Below are positions 10,074 through 21,101 of a DNA stretch of 60,577 bases, piece by piece (within the stretch, counting starts at the first letter, position 1; each line of letters begins with the position of its first letter). The stretch lies in NCBI GenBank assembly GCA_902806345.1, contig CADCWF010000296.1:1-60577 (forward strand). The letters run 5' to 3'. Made by a program: the position numbers and the translations under genes. The stretch is from an uncultured Thermomicrobiales bacterium (GTDB taxonomy: Bacteria; Chloroflexota; Chloroflexia; Thermomicrobiales; UBA6265). Under the pieces are notes generated by a model. It searched no databases, was not told the origin of the DNA, and saw only the letters and a program-made list of their open reading frames with translations.

Positions 10074-11462
10074 CTAGTAGATCTCCAGGTAGCGGTCACG
10101 CTCCCAGGTCGAGACGTGCTTGCGGAAGGCATCCCACTCGGCGGTCTGGGCCTCGGTCAGACGGTCGAAGACGTGGTCGCCCAGCGCCTCGCGGACGACC
10201 GGGTCGGCGTGCATCTCCTGGACCGCCTCGCCGAGCGTGGCCGGCAGGGTCGGGATGTTGCGCCGCTTCAGGTCCTCGTCGGTGAAGTGGTAGAGGTTCT
10301 CCTCGACCGGCTCCGACAGCTCCAGCTCGTTGACGATGCCATCCATGCCGGCGGCCAGCATCACCGCGAAGGCGAGGTAGGGGTTGCACGACGGGTCCGG
10401 GCAGCGCAGCTCGACCCGGGTCGCCCCCGTCTGGCCCTTGCGGATCGCTGGCACCCGGATCAGGGCCGAGCGGTTGGTCCGCGCCCAGGCGACGTAGACC
10501 GGCGCCTCGTAGCCTGGCACCAGGCGGCGGTAGGAGTTGACCAGGGGGGCGATCACCCCGCAGAGGGCGCGGGCGTGCTTGAGCTGACCGGCGATGAAGT
10601 GCTTGGCCACCTTCGACAGCCCGTACGGGTCGTCGCCGTCGACGAAGGCGTTGCCCTTCCTGTCGAGGAAGCCGAGGCTCTGGTGGACGTGCATGCCGGA
10701 GCCGTTGATCCCCTCGACCGGCTTCGGCATGAAGGTGGCGTGCAGGCCGTGGCTGGCGGCAACCGCCTTCAGGGTGTACTTGAAGGCGGTGGCGCGGTCG
10801 GCGGTGTTGACCGCCGCCCCGTACTCGAAGTCGATCTCGTGCTGGCCGATCGCCACCTCGTGGTGGCTGGCCTCGACCTCGATCCCCATCTCCTCGAGCG
10901 CCCGGACCATGTCCTTGCGGACGGTGTAGCCGAGGTCGGTCGAGAAGTCGAAGTAGCCGGCGCCATCGTGCGGGTCGGTCTGGATCCGATTGCCCTCCTT
11001 CGGGAAGAGGAAGAACTCCAGCTCCGGCCCGGTGTTGTAGGTGTAGCCGAGGGCCGCCAGCTTCTCGAGCTGGCGGAGGAGGACGCCACGGGGGTCGCCG
11101 GCGAACGGATCGCCGTTCGGGCTGTTGACCCAGCAGATGATCCGCGCCGTGGTGTGCTCGCCCCGCGTCCAGGGGAGGACGGCGTAGGTCGAGAGGTCCG
11201 TCTCCAGGAACATGTCCGACTCGGCGATCCGGGTGAAGCCGGCGATCGACGAGCCGTCGATCCACTGCCCGTCGTCGATGACGTGGGGGAGGATGCTGAC
11301 CGGCAGGGTGACGCTCTTGACGAGCCCCATCACGTCGGTGAACTGGAGGTCGATGAACTCGACGCCGTCCCGCTGCGTCCGCTCCAGGATCTCCTCCTTG
11401 GACGGACTCTTGCCGAGGATCGTCTCCCGCGAGACGCCGTTGAGCACCTGCTGCGCCGCCAT
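10074..11462 (-). CDS. glnA: Type I glutamine synthetase
   Basis: [37 protein letters not shown]...GSGMH, GYEAP, NRSALIR, ELRCPD. Confidence 0.95.
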   Translation of the reverse strand: MAAQQVLNGVSRETILGKSPSKEEILERTQRDGVEFIDLQFTDVMGLVKSVTLPVSILPHVIDDGQWIDGSSIAGFTRIAESDMFLETDLSTYAVLPWTRGEHTTARIICWVNSPNGDPFAGDPRGVLLRQLEKLAALGYTYNTGPELEFFLFPKEGNRIQTDPHDGAGYFDFSTDLGYTVRKDMVRALEEMGIEVEASHHEVAIGQHEIDFEYGAAVNTADRATAFKYTLKAVAASHGLHATFMPKPVEGINGSGMHVHQSLGFLDRKGNAFVDGDDPYGLSKVAKHFIAGQLKHARALCGVIAPLVNSYRRLVPGYEAPVYVAWARTNRSALIRVPAIRKGQTGATRVELRCPDPSCNPYLAFAVMLAAGMDGIVNELELSEPVEENLYHFTDEDLKRRNIPTLPATLGEAVQEMHADPVVREALGDHVFDRLTEAQTAEWDAFRKHVSTWERDRYLEIY

Positions 11463-11837
11463 CGACCGCTCCCCTTTTGCCGCGCGTGCCGCGGCCCCTC
11501 GGCCGGGGCGCACTTCGCCCCGGCGCCGACCCCCAACGCCCAAATCGGATGGGTCTTGTACCCGCGGAACCGTACCCGCCCGCCGCGGCCCGTGTCATCG
11601 TGCGGAACGCATCGACCCGGCACCGGTTTTTGTGCAATCTGCACGGATCTGGCTGGCGAAACCCAGGGCGGTGGCCGCGCGTTCCTGAGCGGGGAAGGGA
11701 TCTCCACCCGGCCGCCGAGGCCGTGCCTCGACGCGCCCGCCGCCGTTCCGTATCATCCAAGCGCGGTTCCGGCACACCGACGCCGGGCCGGCAATGGTCC
11801 ACCCGAGCGACCATCGGGACGGACCGGGGAGGACACG

Positions 11838-12461
11838 ATGCTCCGCCTGACCCGACCGCTCGCGGTCGCCGCCTTGGGGTGCGCCCTGGCGCTCTCCACC
11901 TCGTCCGCCGCGCTTGCCCAGGAGCCCGGCACCGACGAGCGGGAGGTCGCCGTCGGCGACGACGTCGGCAACATCGCCGTCGACGCCGCCGACGTCGACC
12001 CGGCGCCGGACAGCCCGACGACCATCGCCGTCGGCGGCGACTCCAACGAGACCGTCCCCCAGCCCGACCTGAGCAGCGTACCTACCTCCGGCGGCGACGG
12101 CGTTTTTAGCGCCCCGACCGGGATCGCCCAGGCTCCGACCGGCGTCATCGAGCCGGCGACGATCGCCGCCGCCCCGGCGGCTCCGGTCGAGGCGGCACCG
12201 GTCGAGGCGGCCCCGGCCGAGACCGCTCCCGTCGAAGCGGCGCCGGCTGAGGCCGCGCCGGCCGAGTCGGCACCGGTCGAGGCTGCCCCCGTGGAGGCAG
12301 CGCCGGCTGCAGCGCCGGCCGAGTCGGCGCCGGCACCGGGTCCGGCCTGCGGCTACCCGAGCTGGTACGACGCCCAGCTCGCGCTCGAGGCCGACGCCGC
12401 CCTCGCCGCCACGCTCGACGCCGACAACGACGGGATCGCCTGCGAAGAGGCGATGTCCTAG
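11838..12461 (+). CDS. Secreted Ala/Pro/Glu-rich protein with C-terminal Excalibur-like Ca-binding domain
   Basis: GGAGGA RBS; signal peptide ending ALA-Q; APVEA/APAEA repeats; C...LDADNDGIACE. Confidence 0.85.
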   Translation: MLRLTRPLAVAALGCALALSTSSAALAQEPGTDEREVAVGDDVGNIAVDAADVDPAPDSPTTIAVGGDSNETVPQPDLSSVPTSGGDGVFSAPTGIAQAPTGVIEPATIAAAPAAPVEAAPVEAAPAETAPVEAAPAEAAPAESAPVEAAPVEAAPAAAPAESAPAPGPACGYPSWYDAQLALEADAALAATLDADNDGIACEEAMS

Positions 12462-12683
12462 GCCACCCCCCCCGCGACCGCCTAGTTCTCCCGGAATCTG
12501 CCGTGGCCGTCCAAATGGGCGGCCACGGCGGCGTCCGGGAGGTCGTCACCGGCACTCCGCCCGGCCGGATCGTCCGGCTGCCATCGGGGTGTCTCCGGGG
12601 GAGGTCGTGGGGCATACTGGGACGGCGCGTGCTGGCCGGACACGGGAAGCCGGGCAGCAGGGGATCGAGGGGAGGGAGTTCCG

Positions 12684-13418
12684 ATGGACCGTCGCGTGAC
12701 GGCGCTGGCCGCGCTCGTGCTGGGGGCGGCGCTGGCGCTGCCGGGGGCGGGCGGCACAGCCGCCCAGGAAGACCAGGAGCTGACCGGGCCGACCCAGACC
12801 GGGGGGCTCGGCGACATCGCCGCCAGCCTCAGCGCCGGCCCGGCCAGCGATTCCGATGTCGGCACCGACGGCAACATCGTCGGCCCGAACGGCGAGGTGG
12901 GGGTGGCCGGGATCCCCGGCGTCGGGGTCCGGGTGCCGGGGGCGGACTCCGCGATCGGCACCGCGCCGGGGACCGCCTCGACGATCACCGGCGCCCCCGA
13001 GACGGCGACGGCGCCCGGCGCGATGGCGCCGACGGTGACCGAGGAGACGACCGATCCACTCGGCTCGGTGCTCGACGAGGTCGCCGGCGAGGGCGTCGGC
13101 AACCGCGGCAACGCCGGCGCCGACGGCACCGATTCGGCCGTGGCCGGTCCCGCAGGCAGCGTGCCCGAGCCGGAGACGCCGGCCGAGCCCGCGCCGGCCC
13201 CAGCGGCCGATCCGGCAGACGGCGGCGACGAATCCGCCGCCCCGGTCGAGGCTGCGCCGGCCGCGCCTGCCGAGGGATCGGCGGCGGCACCGGCCGGGGA
13301 CGCCTGCGGCTACCCGGCCTGGCTGGATGCCCAACTCGCTCTCGAAGCCGACGCCGCGCTGGCGTCAACGCTTGACCCGGACGGTGACGGCATCGCCTGC
13401 GAAGAGGCGATGTACTAG
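12684..13418 (+). CDS. Second secreted protein with a paralogous Excalibur-like C-terminal domain
   Basis: Signal peptide; C-terminus CGYPAWLDAQLALEADAALASTLDPDGDGIACEE. Confidence 0.85.
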   Translation: MDRRVTALAALVLGAALALPGAGGTAAQEDQELTGPTQTGGLGDIAASLSAGPASDSDVGTDGNIVGPNGEVGVAGIPGVGVRVPGADSAIGTAPGTASTITGAPETATAPGAMAPTVTEETTDPLGSVLDEVAGEGVGNRGNAGADGTDSAVAGPAGSVPEPETPAEPAPAPAADPADGGDESAAPVEAAPAAPAEGSAAAPAGDACGYPAWLDAQLALEADAALASTLDPDGDGIACEEAMY

Positions 13419-13770
13419 GGCCGAACCGAAGACCTGCCGAACGGCCGCCGCCCCCGATCGACTTCGGGAGCGGCGGTCGTTTGTCGTCAACCAGGGAGGT
13501 ACACGAGCGAGGGGAACCCCGATGTCCGCCCGGCCGGCGCACCCCGTCGGCGGCCGCGATGTCGTCTCGGACCTGGGCCGCCCCGTCCCCTAAACCGCCC
13601 TCGTCAAGGCCGACGTCGCCGGGCGGATCGCCGCCACCATCGGCGGGTGCGGATGGAACCGACGGACAGCCAGGGACGCCCCGGGTCTGAGTCTCCAAGG
13701 GCTCGAACAGTGGGCGGAGCCGACTCCGCGGCGTCTCGCGAGGACGTCTGTTGAAGCGACGCCGCGATGG

Positions 13771-14823
13771 CTAGCCTCCCCCGGCTTCCGACCGTGGAGC
13801 GGCAGGGTCCAAGGGACCCGCCGACGCTTGTTCGAGGCGGCTGAGGAATCCCGGTTCGCCGACGGCGGCGATCACGTCGCCCTCCCGCAACACCAGGTCC
13901 GACGGCGGAGGCACCATCGTCTCCAGGCCACGTCGCAAGGCGACGAGCGACAGGTCCGGCAAGAGGTGGCGGGCCTCGACCACCGAGCAGCCGAGGAGCG
14001 GCGACGCCGCCGAGAGCCGGATGTCTTCGATCAGCGGCCCCCGTTCTCCCTGAAACAGATTCTCGACGAAGGCGACCGTGGCCGGCCGCCGCACCAGACG
14101 CGCCATCTGCCGACCGGCCATATCGTACGGCGAAACCACCTGGCTGGCGCCGGCGCGGTACAACTTGGCGACCGTCTCGTCGTGACTTGCCCGGGCCACG
14201 ATCGGGAGATCGGCCGCCAGCGACCGGGCGGAGAGGACCACGAAGACGTTGTCGGCGTCGGTGGCGACGGCCGTGATCAGACCGCTGGCCGAGTCGATCC
14301 GTGCCCGGAGCAACGTGGCGTCGCTGGTGGCGTCGCCGCCGACCGCGAGGAAGCCGGCGGCGGCGGCGGTGGCGAGTGGCTCCGCGTCGTGGTCGACCAC
14401 GACGACCGATTGGCCGTCCCGCTGGAGCTGCTCGGCGATCTCGCGACCGACGCGGCCGTAACCGCAGACGACGTAGTGCTCGCGCAGCCGTTCGAGCTTC
14501 CGTTCCATCCGCGACCGCTCCCACTCCCGTCCCAATTCGCCCCCGGCGACGATGGCGACCAGCACGCTCAACCCGTACCAGAGCAGGGCCAGCCCGACGG
14601 CGATCAGGAGCAACGTCCAGGCGCGCCCGGCCGGCGAGAGCGGCCGGACCTCGCCGAACCCGACCGTGGTGATCGTCGTCGCGGCCATGAAGAGGGCGTC
14701 GTCGACCGACCATCCCTCGACGAGGACGTAGCCGACGGTGCCGACCAGGAGCAGCGCGAGGAGCGCGCCCAGCGGAACCCCGAGTCGCCGCGTCAGCACC
14801 CTCCGGCCGTGGCCTTGACCCAT
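13771..14823 (-). CDS. Potassium channel with TrkA-N/TrkA-C (RCK) domains
   Basis: Selectivity filter TITTVGFGE; HYVVCGYGRVG; GDAT. Confidence 0.93.
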   Translation of the reverse strand: MGQGHGRRVLTRRLGVPLGALLALLLVGTVGYVLVEGWSVDDALFMAATTITTVGFGEVRPLSPAGRAWTLLLIAVGLALLWYGLSVLVAIVAGGELGREWERSRMERKLERLREHYVVCGYGRVGREIAEQLQRDGQSVVVVDHDAEPLATAAAAGFLAVGGDATSDATLLRARIDSASGLITAVATDADNVFVVLSARSLAADLPIVARASHDETVAKLYRAGASQVVSPYDMAGRQMARLVRRPATVAFVENLFQGERGPLIEDIRLSAASPLLGCSVVEARHLLPDLSLVALRRGLETMVPPPSDLVLREGDVIAAVGEPGFLSRLEQASAGPLDPAAPRSEAGGG

Positions 14824-15242
14824 GGGTCCCCCCCGCACCGGCTCCGGCGAGCGGTCGGCCTGCCGCCGAGACATCCAGGCCGCCCTCGAGCCCGCCGCGC
14901 CGTTCCGGGCAACACGGCCGCGCCGTATGGTACGACCCCGACCCTTGCTCGGGGTCTCGGAGGAGCGCGCCGCGTCGTCGGTTGATCGACGGGGTGGCGA
15001 TTCGTGGGGCAGCCGGCCGCTCAATGTCGCCGCGCCGCCTGCTCGACCCCGCCCCGTCCAGGCCTGGAACGCGATCCGGAGATGCCCCGAGCCACCGGCG
15101 CCACCGGGCTGGATCACCTGATCGCCGCGACAGTAGCCGACACTCGACAGCATTTCGAGGATCCGCCATGGATCCGGCCGTGGACCTGGAGTGGCCCGGA
15201 CCGGCTGAACGGTCGCCGGAACGTTGCCGGCCGAGTCCCCCC

Positions 15243-16142
15243 TCAGTCGCTCGTGGCGTGCTTGCCCAGCCCGGCCGGCGGCTGCGAGTTGCGGACCAGA
15301 CCCGTCACCGCCAGCAGCGTCACCAGGTACGGCAGGGCGATCAGGAGGTCCTGCGGGATCGGCCAGTTCAGCGCCTGGACCTGGAACCGCAGCGCCTGGG
15401 CGAAGCCGAAGAGCAGCGCCGCGCCGAGGGTGCCGAGCGGCGTCCAGTTGCCGAAGATCACCGCCGCCAGGGCGATGAAGCCGCGGCCGGCGGTCATGTT
15501 CGTCGTGAACTGGGAGAGGTCGCCGATCGAGAGGTACGCCCCCCCCAGCCCGGCCAGGAGGCCGCTCGCCAGCACGGCAGCGTAGCGGTATCGGGGGACG
15601 TCGATGCCGACGCTCTCGGCCGCCCGCGGCGACTCGCCGGCCGCCATCAGCCGCAGGCCGCCGGTCGTCTTGAACAGCACCCAGTGGACCACCGGCACCG
15701 CCAGGAAGGCGAGCGGCACCAGCACGTTGAGGGTGCTGCCGCCGACCTCGAACGACGGCAGGCGGGCGACCGAAGGGGAGCCCCCGGCCTGGTTCCAGAT
15801 GCGCTGGACGAGGAACGCCGTCAGGCCGAGGCCGAGCAGGTTGATCGCCGTGCCGGCGACGATCTGGTCGGCCCGGAGGCCGATTGCCCAGAGCCCGAAG
15901 ACGACGGCCCCGAGCATCCCGGCGAGGACGCCGACGAGCAACCCGAGCAGCGCGTTACCGGTGAACCAGGCGCCGGCGGCCGCGGCGAAGGCGCCGAGCA
16001 ACATCAGCCCCTCGAGGGCGATGTTGGTCACCCCGGAGCGCTCCGAGAGCAGCCCGCCCATCGCCGCGAAGACCAGCGGCGCGGCCGAGCGCAGCGTCGC
16101 CGTCAGCAGCGCGACCGAGAAGAAGCCGACGATCGCGTCCAC
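15243..16142 (-). CDS. Nucleoside/BMP ABC transporter permease
   Basis: SERSGVTNIALEG, GRGFIALAAVIFG. Confidence 0.93.
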   Translation of the reverse strand: MDAIVGFFSVALLTATLRSAAPLVFAAMGGLLSERSGVTNIALEGLMLLGAFAAAAGAWFTGNALLGLLVGVLAGMLGAVVFGLWAIGLRADQIVAGTAINLLGLGLTAFLVQRIWNQAGGSPSVARLPSFEVGGSTLNVLVPLAFLAVPVVHWVLFKTTGGLRLMAAGESPRAAESVGIDVPRYRYAAVLASGLLAGLGGAYLSIGDLSQFTTNMTAGRGFIALAAVIFGNWTPLGTLGAALLFGFAQALRFQVQALNWPIPQDLLIALPYLVTLLAVTGLVRNSQPPAGLGKHATSD

Positions 16143-16157
16143 GACACCTCCCGAGCG

Positions 16158-16251
16158 GATAGGCCATAGAAGATAGGGGATAGGAGACTGGAGTTCGCGC
16201 CGCCGTGTCGTCGCCTCTCTCCTATCCTCTATCTCCTAAGACCTGTCCCCT
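16158..16251. repeat. Heptamer tandem-repeat hairpin, family D
   Basis: Left arm of GATAGGG-like heptamers and right arm of CCCTATC-like heptamers, in an intra-operon spacer. Confidence 0.7.
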
Positions 16252-16255
16252 CCGT

Positions 16256-17446
16256 TCACACCGCCGGCTGCGGCGGCCGCGATTCCAGCTCCGGTTCGTC
16301 GGCGGTGGCCGCGGTGCGGTCGCGGCCGGGACCACCGGGGCCAGCCGCCGCGGCGAGCTGGCGGCGGCGGCGGAACTGGTCGAAGACGGCGAAGGCGGAG
16401 ACCGAGAGGATCACCAGCCCCAGCAGCACCGAGACCAGATCGCGGCTGGTGCCCGCCGTGTTCTGCATCCGGGTCGCCCCGGCGCTGAGGGCGCCGAAGA
16501 GGAGCCCGGCCAGGACCACCCCGAACGGGTGGTTGCGGCCGACCAGGCCGACTGCGATCGAGGTGAAGCCGTAGCCGGCGGCGACGTTGTAGTAGCGCCC
16601 CTGGAGGCCGAGCGTATCGGCGGCGCCGCCGAGCCCGGCGAGGACGCCGCTCATCGCCATCGCCAGGGTGATCGTCGCCCCCCAGGCGATGCCGGCGTAG
16701 GCGGCGGCCCCCCGGCTGAGGCCGACGGTCCGCAGCCGGTAGCCGAGCGTCGTCTTGTAGAGGAGGTACCAGAGGACGGCCGCCATCAGCAGCGCCAGCA
16801 GGAAGCCGGCGTGCATCCGGGTGCCCTCGACGAAGCGGGGCAGGCGGGCGCCCGCTTCGGCGGCGTTGGTCGCCTGCAGATTCGGGTTGACCGGGAGGCG
16901 GTCTTCGAGGTCGATCACCACCGTGCTGACCCGGAACGCCAGGTAGTTGAGCATGATCGTGGTGATCACCTCGTGGGCGCCGGTGCGGGCCTTGAGGAAA
17001 CCGGGGATGCCGCCCCAGATGCCGCCGGCGACGACCGCCGCCAGCAGCGCCAGCGGCAGGTGGACCACGGCCGGCAGCCCGAGCGGGAGGGCGGCGACCA
17101 GCCCGGCGGCGAGCCCGCCGAGCACGAGCTGCCCCTCGATCCCGATGTTGAACAGCCCGGCCTGGGCCGCCACCGCGAAGGCCAGGCCACCGAGGATCAG
17201 CGGCGTCGCCGCGACCAGCGTTTCGGTGATCGGCTCGACGCCTCCGAGCGCGCCTTCGAAGAGGGCGACGTAGGCGACGAGGGGGTTCTGCCCCGAGAGC
17301 AGGATGACGACCGCCCCGATCAGCAGCGCGATCGCCACGGCGCCGGCCGAGGAGAGGGCCGTCGGCAGGGCGCCGCGCAGCCGGTCGAGCGGCCCGGGGA
17401 TCGCCGGCCCGGTCACCCTGCCGTTAGGCGACGCGGACGTGCTCAT
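16256..17446 (-). CDS. Nucleoside/BMP ABC transporter permease
   Basis: GLFNIGIEGQ, HEVITTIMLN, GFTSIAVGLVG. Confidence 0.93.
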   Translation of the reverse strand: MSTSASPNGRVTGPAIPGPLDRLRGALPTALSSAGAVAIALLIGAVVILLSGQNPLVAYVALFEGALGGVEPITETLVAATPLILGGLAFAVAAQAGLFNIGIEGQLVLGGLAAGLVAALPLGLPAVVHLPLALLAAVVAGGIWGGIPGFLKARTGAHEVITTIMLNYLAFRVSTVVIDLEDRLPVNPNLQATNAAEAGARLPRFVEGTRMHAGFLLALLMAAVLWYLLYKTTLGYRLRTVGLSRGAAAYAGIAWGATITLAMAMSGVLAGLGGAADTLGLQGRYYNVAAGYGFTSIAVGLVGRNHPFGVVLAGLLFGALSAGATRMQNTAGTSRDLVSVLLGLVILSVSAFAVFDQFRRRRQLAAAAGPGGPGRDRTAATADEPELESRPPQPAV

Positions 17447-18992
17447 CGACGCCGACCCCCTCGCCCGTCTCGCCGGTCTTGTCCTTGCCGCCCATCAGCA
17501 GCCCCAGCTCCGTCCGGCTGACCCCGCCGCTGGCGAACTCGCCGACGATCCGGCCGCCGAAGATGACCAGGATGCGGTCGCTCAGGTCGAGGATCTCGTC
17601 GAGGTCGAACGAGACGAGGAGGACGCCGCGCCCCTTGTCACGCTCGGCGACGAGTTGCTTGTGGACGAACTCGATGGCGCCGACATCGAGCCCACGGGTT
17701 GGCTGCACCGCCAGCACCAGCTCCGGCTCGCGGTGCAGCTCGCGGGCGCAGATCAGCTTCTGCTGGTTGCCGCCGGAGAGGGCGGCGGCGGGCGTCGCGG
17801 CCGAGGGAGCGCGGACGTCGAAGGCGGCCATCAGCCGCTCGGTCAGCGCGGCCGTCGCCGGGTAGTCGATCCGGCCGCCGTGGCTGAAGGGCGGGTGGTC
17901 GACGTTGCCGAGCAGGACGTTCTCGGTCAGCGAGAAGGGCAGCACCAGGCCGCGGCCGTGGCGGTCCTCGGGGATGTAGGCGAGCCCGACCTGGCGGATC
18001 GCCTCCGGGTTCTGGCCGGTAACCTCCCGGCCGGCGAGGGTCACCCGGCCCCGCTCCGGCCGCCGCAGCCCGGCGATCGTCTCGACCAGCTCGGCCTGGC
18101 CGTTGCCTTCCACCCCGCAGATGCCGACGATCTCGCCCCGACGGACGGCGAGGCTGAGACCGCGGAGGGCAGCCTCGCCGCGGGTGCCGGTGACCTCCAG
18201 CCCCTCGGCGGTCAGCACCGGCTCGCCGGGGGTGGCGGGGGGGCGCTCGACCCGGAGGTTCACCTCGCGGCCGACCATCAGCTCGGCCAGCTCGTCGGCC
18301 GTCGTCTCGCTCGTCTGCCGGGTGCCGATGGTGCGGCCGCGGCGGATGACCGTGACCCGGTCGGAGACGGCGGCGACCTCCCGCAGCTTGTGGGTGATGA
18401 AGACGATGGTGCTCCCGCCCTCGCGCAGGCGGTTCAGGATGGCGTAGAGATCCTCAACCTCCTGGGGCGTCAGGAGGGCGGTCGGTTCGTCCAGGATCAG
18501 CGTCCGGCCGCCCTGGTAGAGCGCCCGCAGGATCTCGACCCGCTGCTGGACGCCGACCGGCAGGTCGCCGACCGTCGCCGTCGGGTCAACCCGCAAGCCG
18601 TACCGCTCGGCCAGCTCGCCGACCCGCCGGGCGGCGGCCGCCCGGTCGAGCCGGACGCCCGTCCCCTCGGAGCCGAGGACGACGTTCTCGGCGACGGTGA
18701 AGCGGGGGATGAGCATGAAGTGCTGGTGGACCATGCCGAGGCCGGCGTCGACGGCGTCGCGCGGGCCGTGGAAGCGGACCGGTCGGCCGGCGACGCGGAT
18801 CTCTCCCTCGTCCGGGTGGTAGAGCCCGAAGAGGACGTTCATCAGGGTCGACTTGCCGGCGCCGTTCTCGCCGAGCAGGGCATGGATCTCGCCCGGCTCG
18901 ACGACGAAGGTGATGCCGTCGTTGGCAACCACGCCGGGGAACCGCTTGACGATCCCCAGCATCTCGATCGCGGGAGGCCCTGCCGGCGCCAT
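17424..18992 (-). CDS. Nucleoside ABC transporter ATP-binding protein (two ABC domains)
   Basis: GENGAGKST, ILDEPT, LSGGNQQK, QPTRGLDVGA. Confidence 0.95.
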   Translation of the reverse strand: MAPAGPPAIEMLGIVKRFPGVVANDGITFVVEPGEIHALLGENGAGKSTLMNVLFGLYHPDEGEIRVAGRPVRFHGPRDAVDAGLGMVHQHFMLIPRFTVAENVVLGSEGTGVRLDRAAAARRVGELAERYGLRVDPTATVGDLPVGVQQRVEILRALYQGGRTLILDEPTALLTPQEVEDLYAILNRLREGGSTIVFITHKLREVAAVSDRVTVIRRGRTIGTRQTSETTADELAELMVGREVNLRVERPPATPGEPVLTAEGLEVTGTRGEAALRGLSLAVRRGEIVGICGVEGNGQAELVETIAGLRRPERGRVTLAGREVTGQNPEAIRQVGLAYIPEDRHGRGLVLPFSLTENVLLGNVDHPPFSHGGRIDYPATAALTERLMAAFDVRAPSAATPAAALSGGNQQKLICARELHREPELVLAVQPTRGLDVGAIEFVHKQLVAERDKGRGVLLVSFDLDEILDLSDRILVIFGGRIVGEFASGGVSRTELGLLMGGKDKTGETGEGVGVDEHVRVA

Positions 18993-19175
18993 CGCGCTCC
19001 CATGGCTAGAACGGCTGGCGCCGGGGGAAGTTCCCGGGGCGGTTGCCGGCCGCGATGCCGGCGCTGCCGTGGCGGTCTGGCGTCAGTGCCACCTGGTGGG
19101 GATCGACCGGCGGACCAGGGCGACCGGGCACGATGGTCGATCCGGGTGTTCGGTGCGGACTCGGGTGAACCCGGA

Positions 19176-19412
19176 CCCGGCCCTCAAGGGACCGGGCTCA
19201 AGCGACGAAGGGTCCTGGGCACTGCGTGCCTTAGGTTCCGGGCAAGCTCCACATCCTCCTCGATCGGGCCACGGTCGGGAGTGACGGCCTGTATCTGCCA
19301 GATCGGAGCAAACGGCTGCCCGATCCTCGGTATCGGTCCAGATGCGAACGAACTCGGGCTCAGGGCCCTTCAGAGTCCTTTGTCGGTGAGCCCGGCCCCT
19401 CGAGGGCCGGGC
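19176..19412. repeat. REP-like inverted pair, family C
   Basis: CCCGGCCCTCAAGGGACCGGGCT ... AGCCCGGCCCCTCGAGGGCCGGGC; related copies at 32581 and 35497. Confidence 0.7.
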
Positions 19413-19492
19413 ACGGGTGGGGTCGGTCCGAATCGTTCGGGGGTCGGCTACCGCCGCACCCGCCAACGGTGCGGCGGCATTGTGGGATCGTC

Positions 19493-20599
19493 CTACGCCG
19501 CCGGGGTGGCCCCTGCCGCCGGCGTGGCGGCGGCGGCCGGCAGCGCGTCCGGCGCCGTCGGCGTGTAGGCGGCCAGCTCCTCTTCGTCGGCCGGGACCGT
19601 GATGGCGCCGTCGATGATCGCCTGCTTGTAGCGCTCGACGATGGCCATCACCTCCTCGGGCACGAAGCCGCCGGGGTTGAGGAGGTCGACGCCGCCCTCG
19701 GCCAGGCCGAGGCTCTGCTCGCCGCCGGCGAAGGCGCCGTTGACCACCTGCTCGGAAAGCGCGTAGACGGCGGTGTCGACGCCCTTGGCCGCGACGGCGA
19801 GCTGCTGCTCGGCGCCGAGCTGGCTCTGGTCGGCGTCGGCGGCGATCACCCAGAACCCCTCGCCCTGCTCCTTGGCGGCATCGAACGAACCGATGCCGGT
19901 GGCGCCGGCGACCGGGAAGGCGATGTCGGCGCCCTGGTTGTACTGGGCCAGGGTCAACTCCTTGCCGAGCGCCGGGTCGCTGAAGGAGTCGGCGTAGGCG
20001 ACGATCACCTCGGCCTCGGGGTTGACCGACGTGACGCCGGCCTCGAACCCGACCGCGTAACGGATCACGGGCGGGATGGCGATGCCGCCGACGACGCCGA
20101 CGGTGTTGGTCTCGGTCATCAGGCCGGCGACGACGCCGGCCAGGAATGCCCCCTCGTGCTCGCGGAAGGTGACGCCGGCGACGTTGGGCGCCTCGGAGAC
20201 GGCGTCGATCAGGAGGAAGTTGTCGTCCGGGTACTGGTTGGCGACCTCGGTGATCGCCTCGGTCAGGAGGAAGCCGACGCCGACGGTGAGGTCGCCCTGC
20301 TCGGCGGCCTGGGTCAGGTTGGGGATGTAGGCGGCGGCGTCGCGGCTCTCGATGACGCGGGGGTCGATGCCGAGTTCGGCGGCGGCGCGGTCGAGGCCGC
20401 GCTTGGCGAGGTCGTTGAAGTTCTGGTCGCCGAGGCCGGCGGTGTCGGTCACCATGGTGACGACAACCGGCTCCTGGGCGCCCAGGCGGCCGACGACCAC
20501 GCCGCCGAAGACCGCGGCGAGCGGCGCGGCGGCGGCCACCTTAAGGACGGCGCGGCGGGACGCGGGCGCGGCGGACGCGGTCTTAAACCGGGGCGACAT
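19493..20599 (-). CDS. BMP family ABC substrate-binding protein with Tat signal
   Basis: SRRAVLK; DTAGLGDQNFN; FREHEGAFLAG; AGATGIG. Confidence 0.93.
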   Translation of the reverse strand: MSPRFKTASAAPASRRAVLKVAAAAPLAAVFGGVVVGRLGAQEPVVVTMVTDTAGLGDQNFNDLAKRGLDRAAAELGIDPRVIESRDAAAYIPNLTQAAEQGDLTVGVGFLLTEAITEVANQYPDDNFLLIDAVSEAPNVAGVTFREHEGAFLAGVVAGLMTETNTVGVVGGIAIPPVIRYAVGFEAGVTSVNPEAEVIVAYADSFSDPALGKELTLAQYNQGADIAFPVAGATGIGSFDAAKEQGEGFWVIAADADQSQLGAEQQLAVAAKGVDTAVYALSEQVVNGAFAGGEQSLGLAEGGVDLLNPGGFVPEEVMAIVERYKQAIIDGAITVPADEEELAAYTPTAPDALPAAAATPAAGATPAA

Positions 20600-20852
20600 G
20601 GGCGGCTCCCTTGCTTTCTGCCTGCGGCGGACGTGGTGTCGGCGGTTTCGCCGGGTCGTGATTCTGCCCCTGGGGGCGACCGCCGCATGGTAGCAGGATT
20701 GGGGGCACGGCAGATGGCAAGAGCCATCGTGGCCCGACCGCTGGTCATGAACGGCTCCAGGCTGGTCAGGAGCGGGGCGAATGCAAAGCCCTTCGCGTGA
20801 TGGTTCGGGGCAGAGCGGTTCTCCGAGCCAGACGAGGGGTGACCGGAACCAA

Positions 20853-21101
20853 CTACCCGCGCGCCGCCGCCACCATCCCCGCGGCGTCCTGACCGGCCAG
20901 CCCCAACTCGTCCAGACCCCGCGCCACCGCCCGGAAGTCCGTCCGCAGCACGGCCGAGGCGAGCGTTACCAGGGCGTCGATCGTCGGCGTCTCGACACCC
21001 AGCGCGTCCCCGATCAGTCCCCAGGTCGCCAGTCCGTAGGGCACGTCCTCCGTGAGCCAGTGGGTGTCGAGCCCCCCGGGGGCCCGCAACGCGGTCAGCA
21101 T
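20853..21101 (-). pseudogene. 3' part (82 aa) of an interrupted NAD/NADP opine (octopine/nopaline) dehydrogenase
   Basis: MLTALRAPGGLDTHWLTEDVPYGL...GVETPTIDALV...ARGLDELGL is the Octopine_DH C-terminus; it joins in frame to 26573-27415. Confidence 0.88.
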
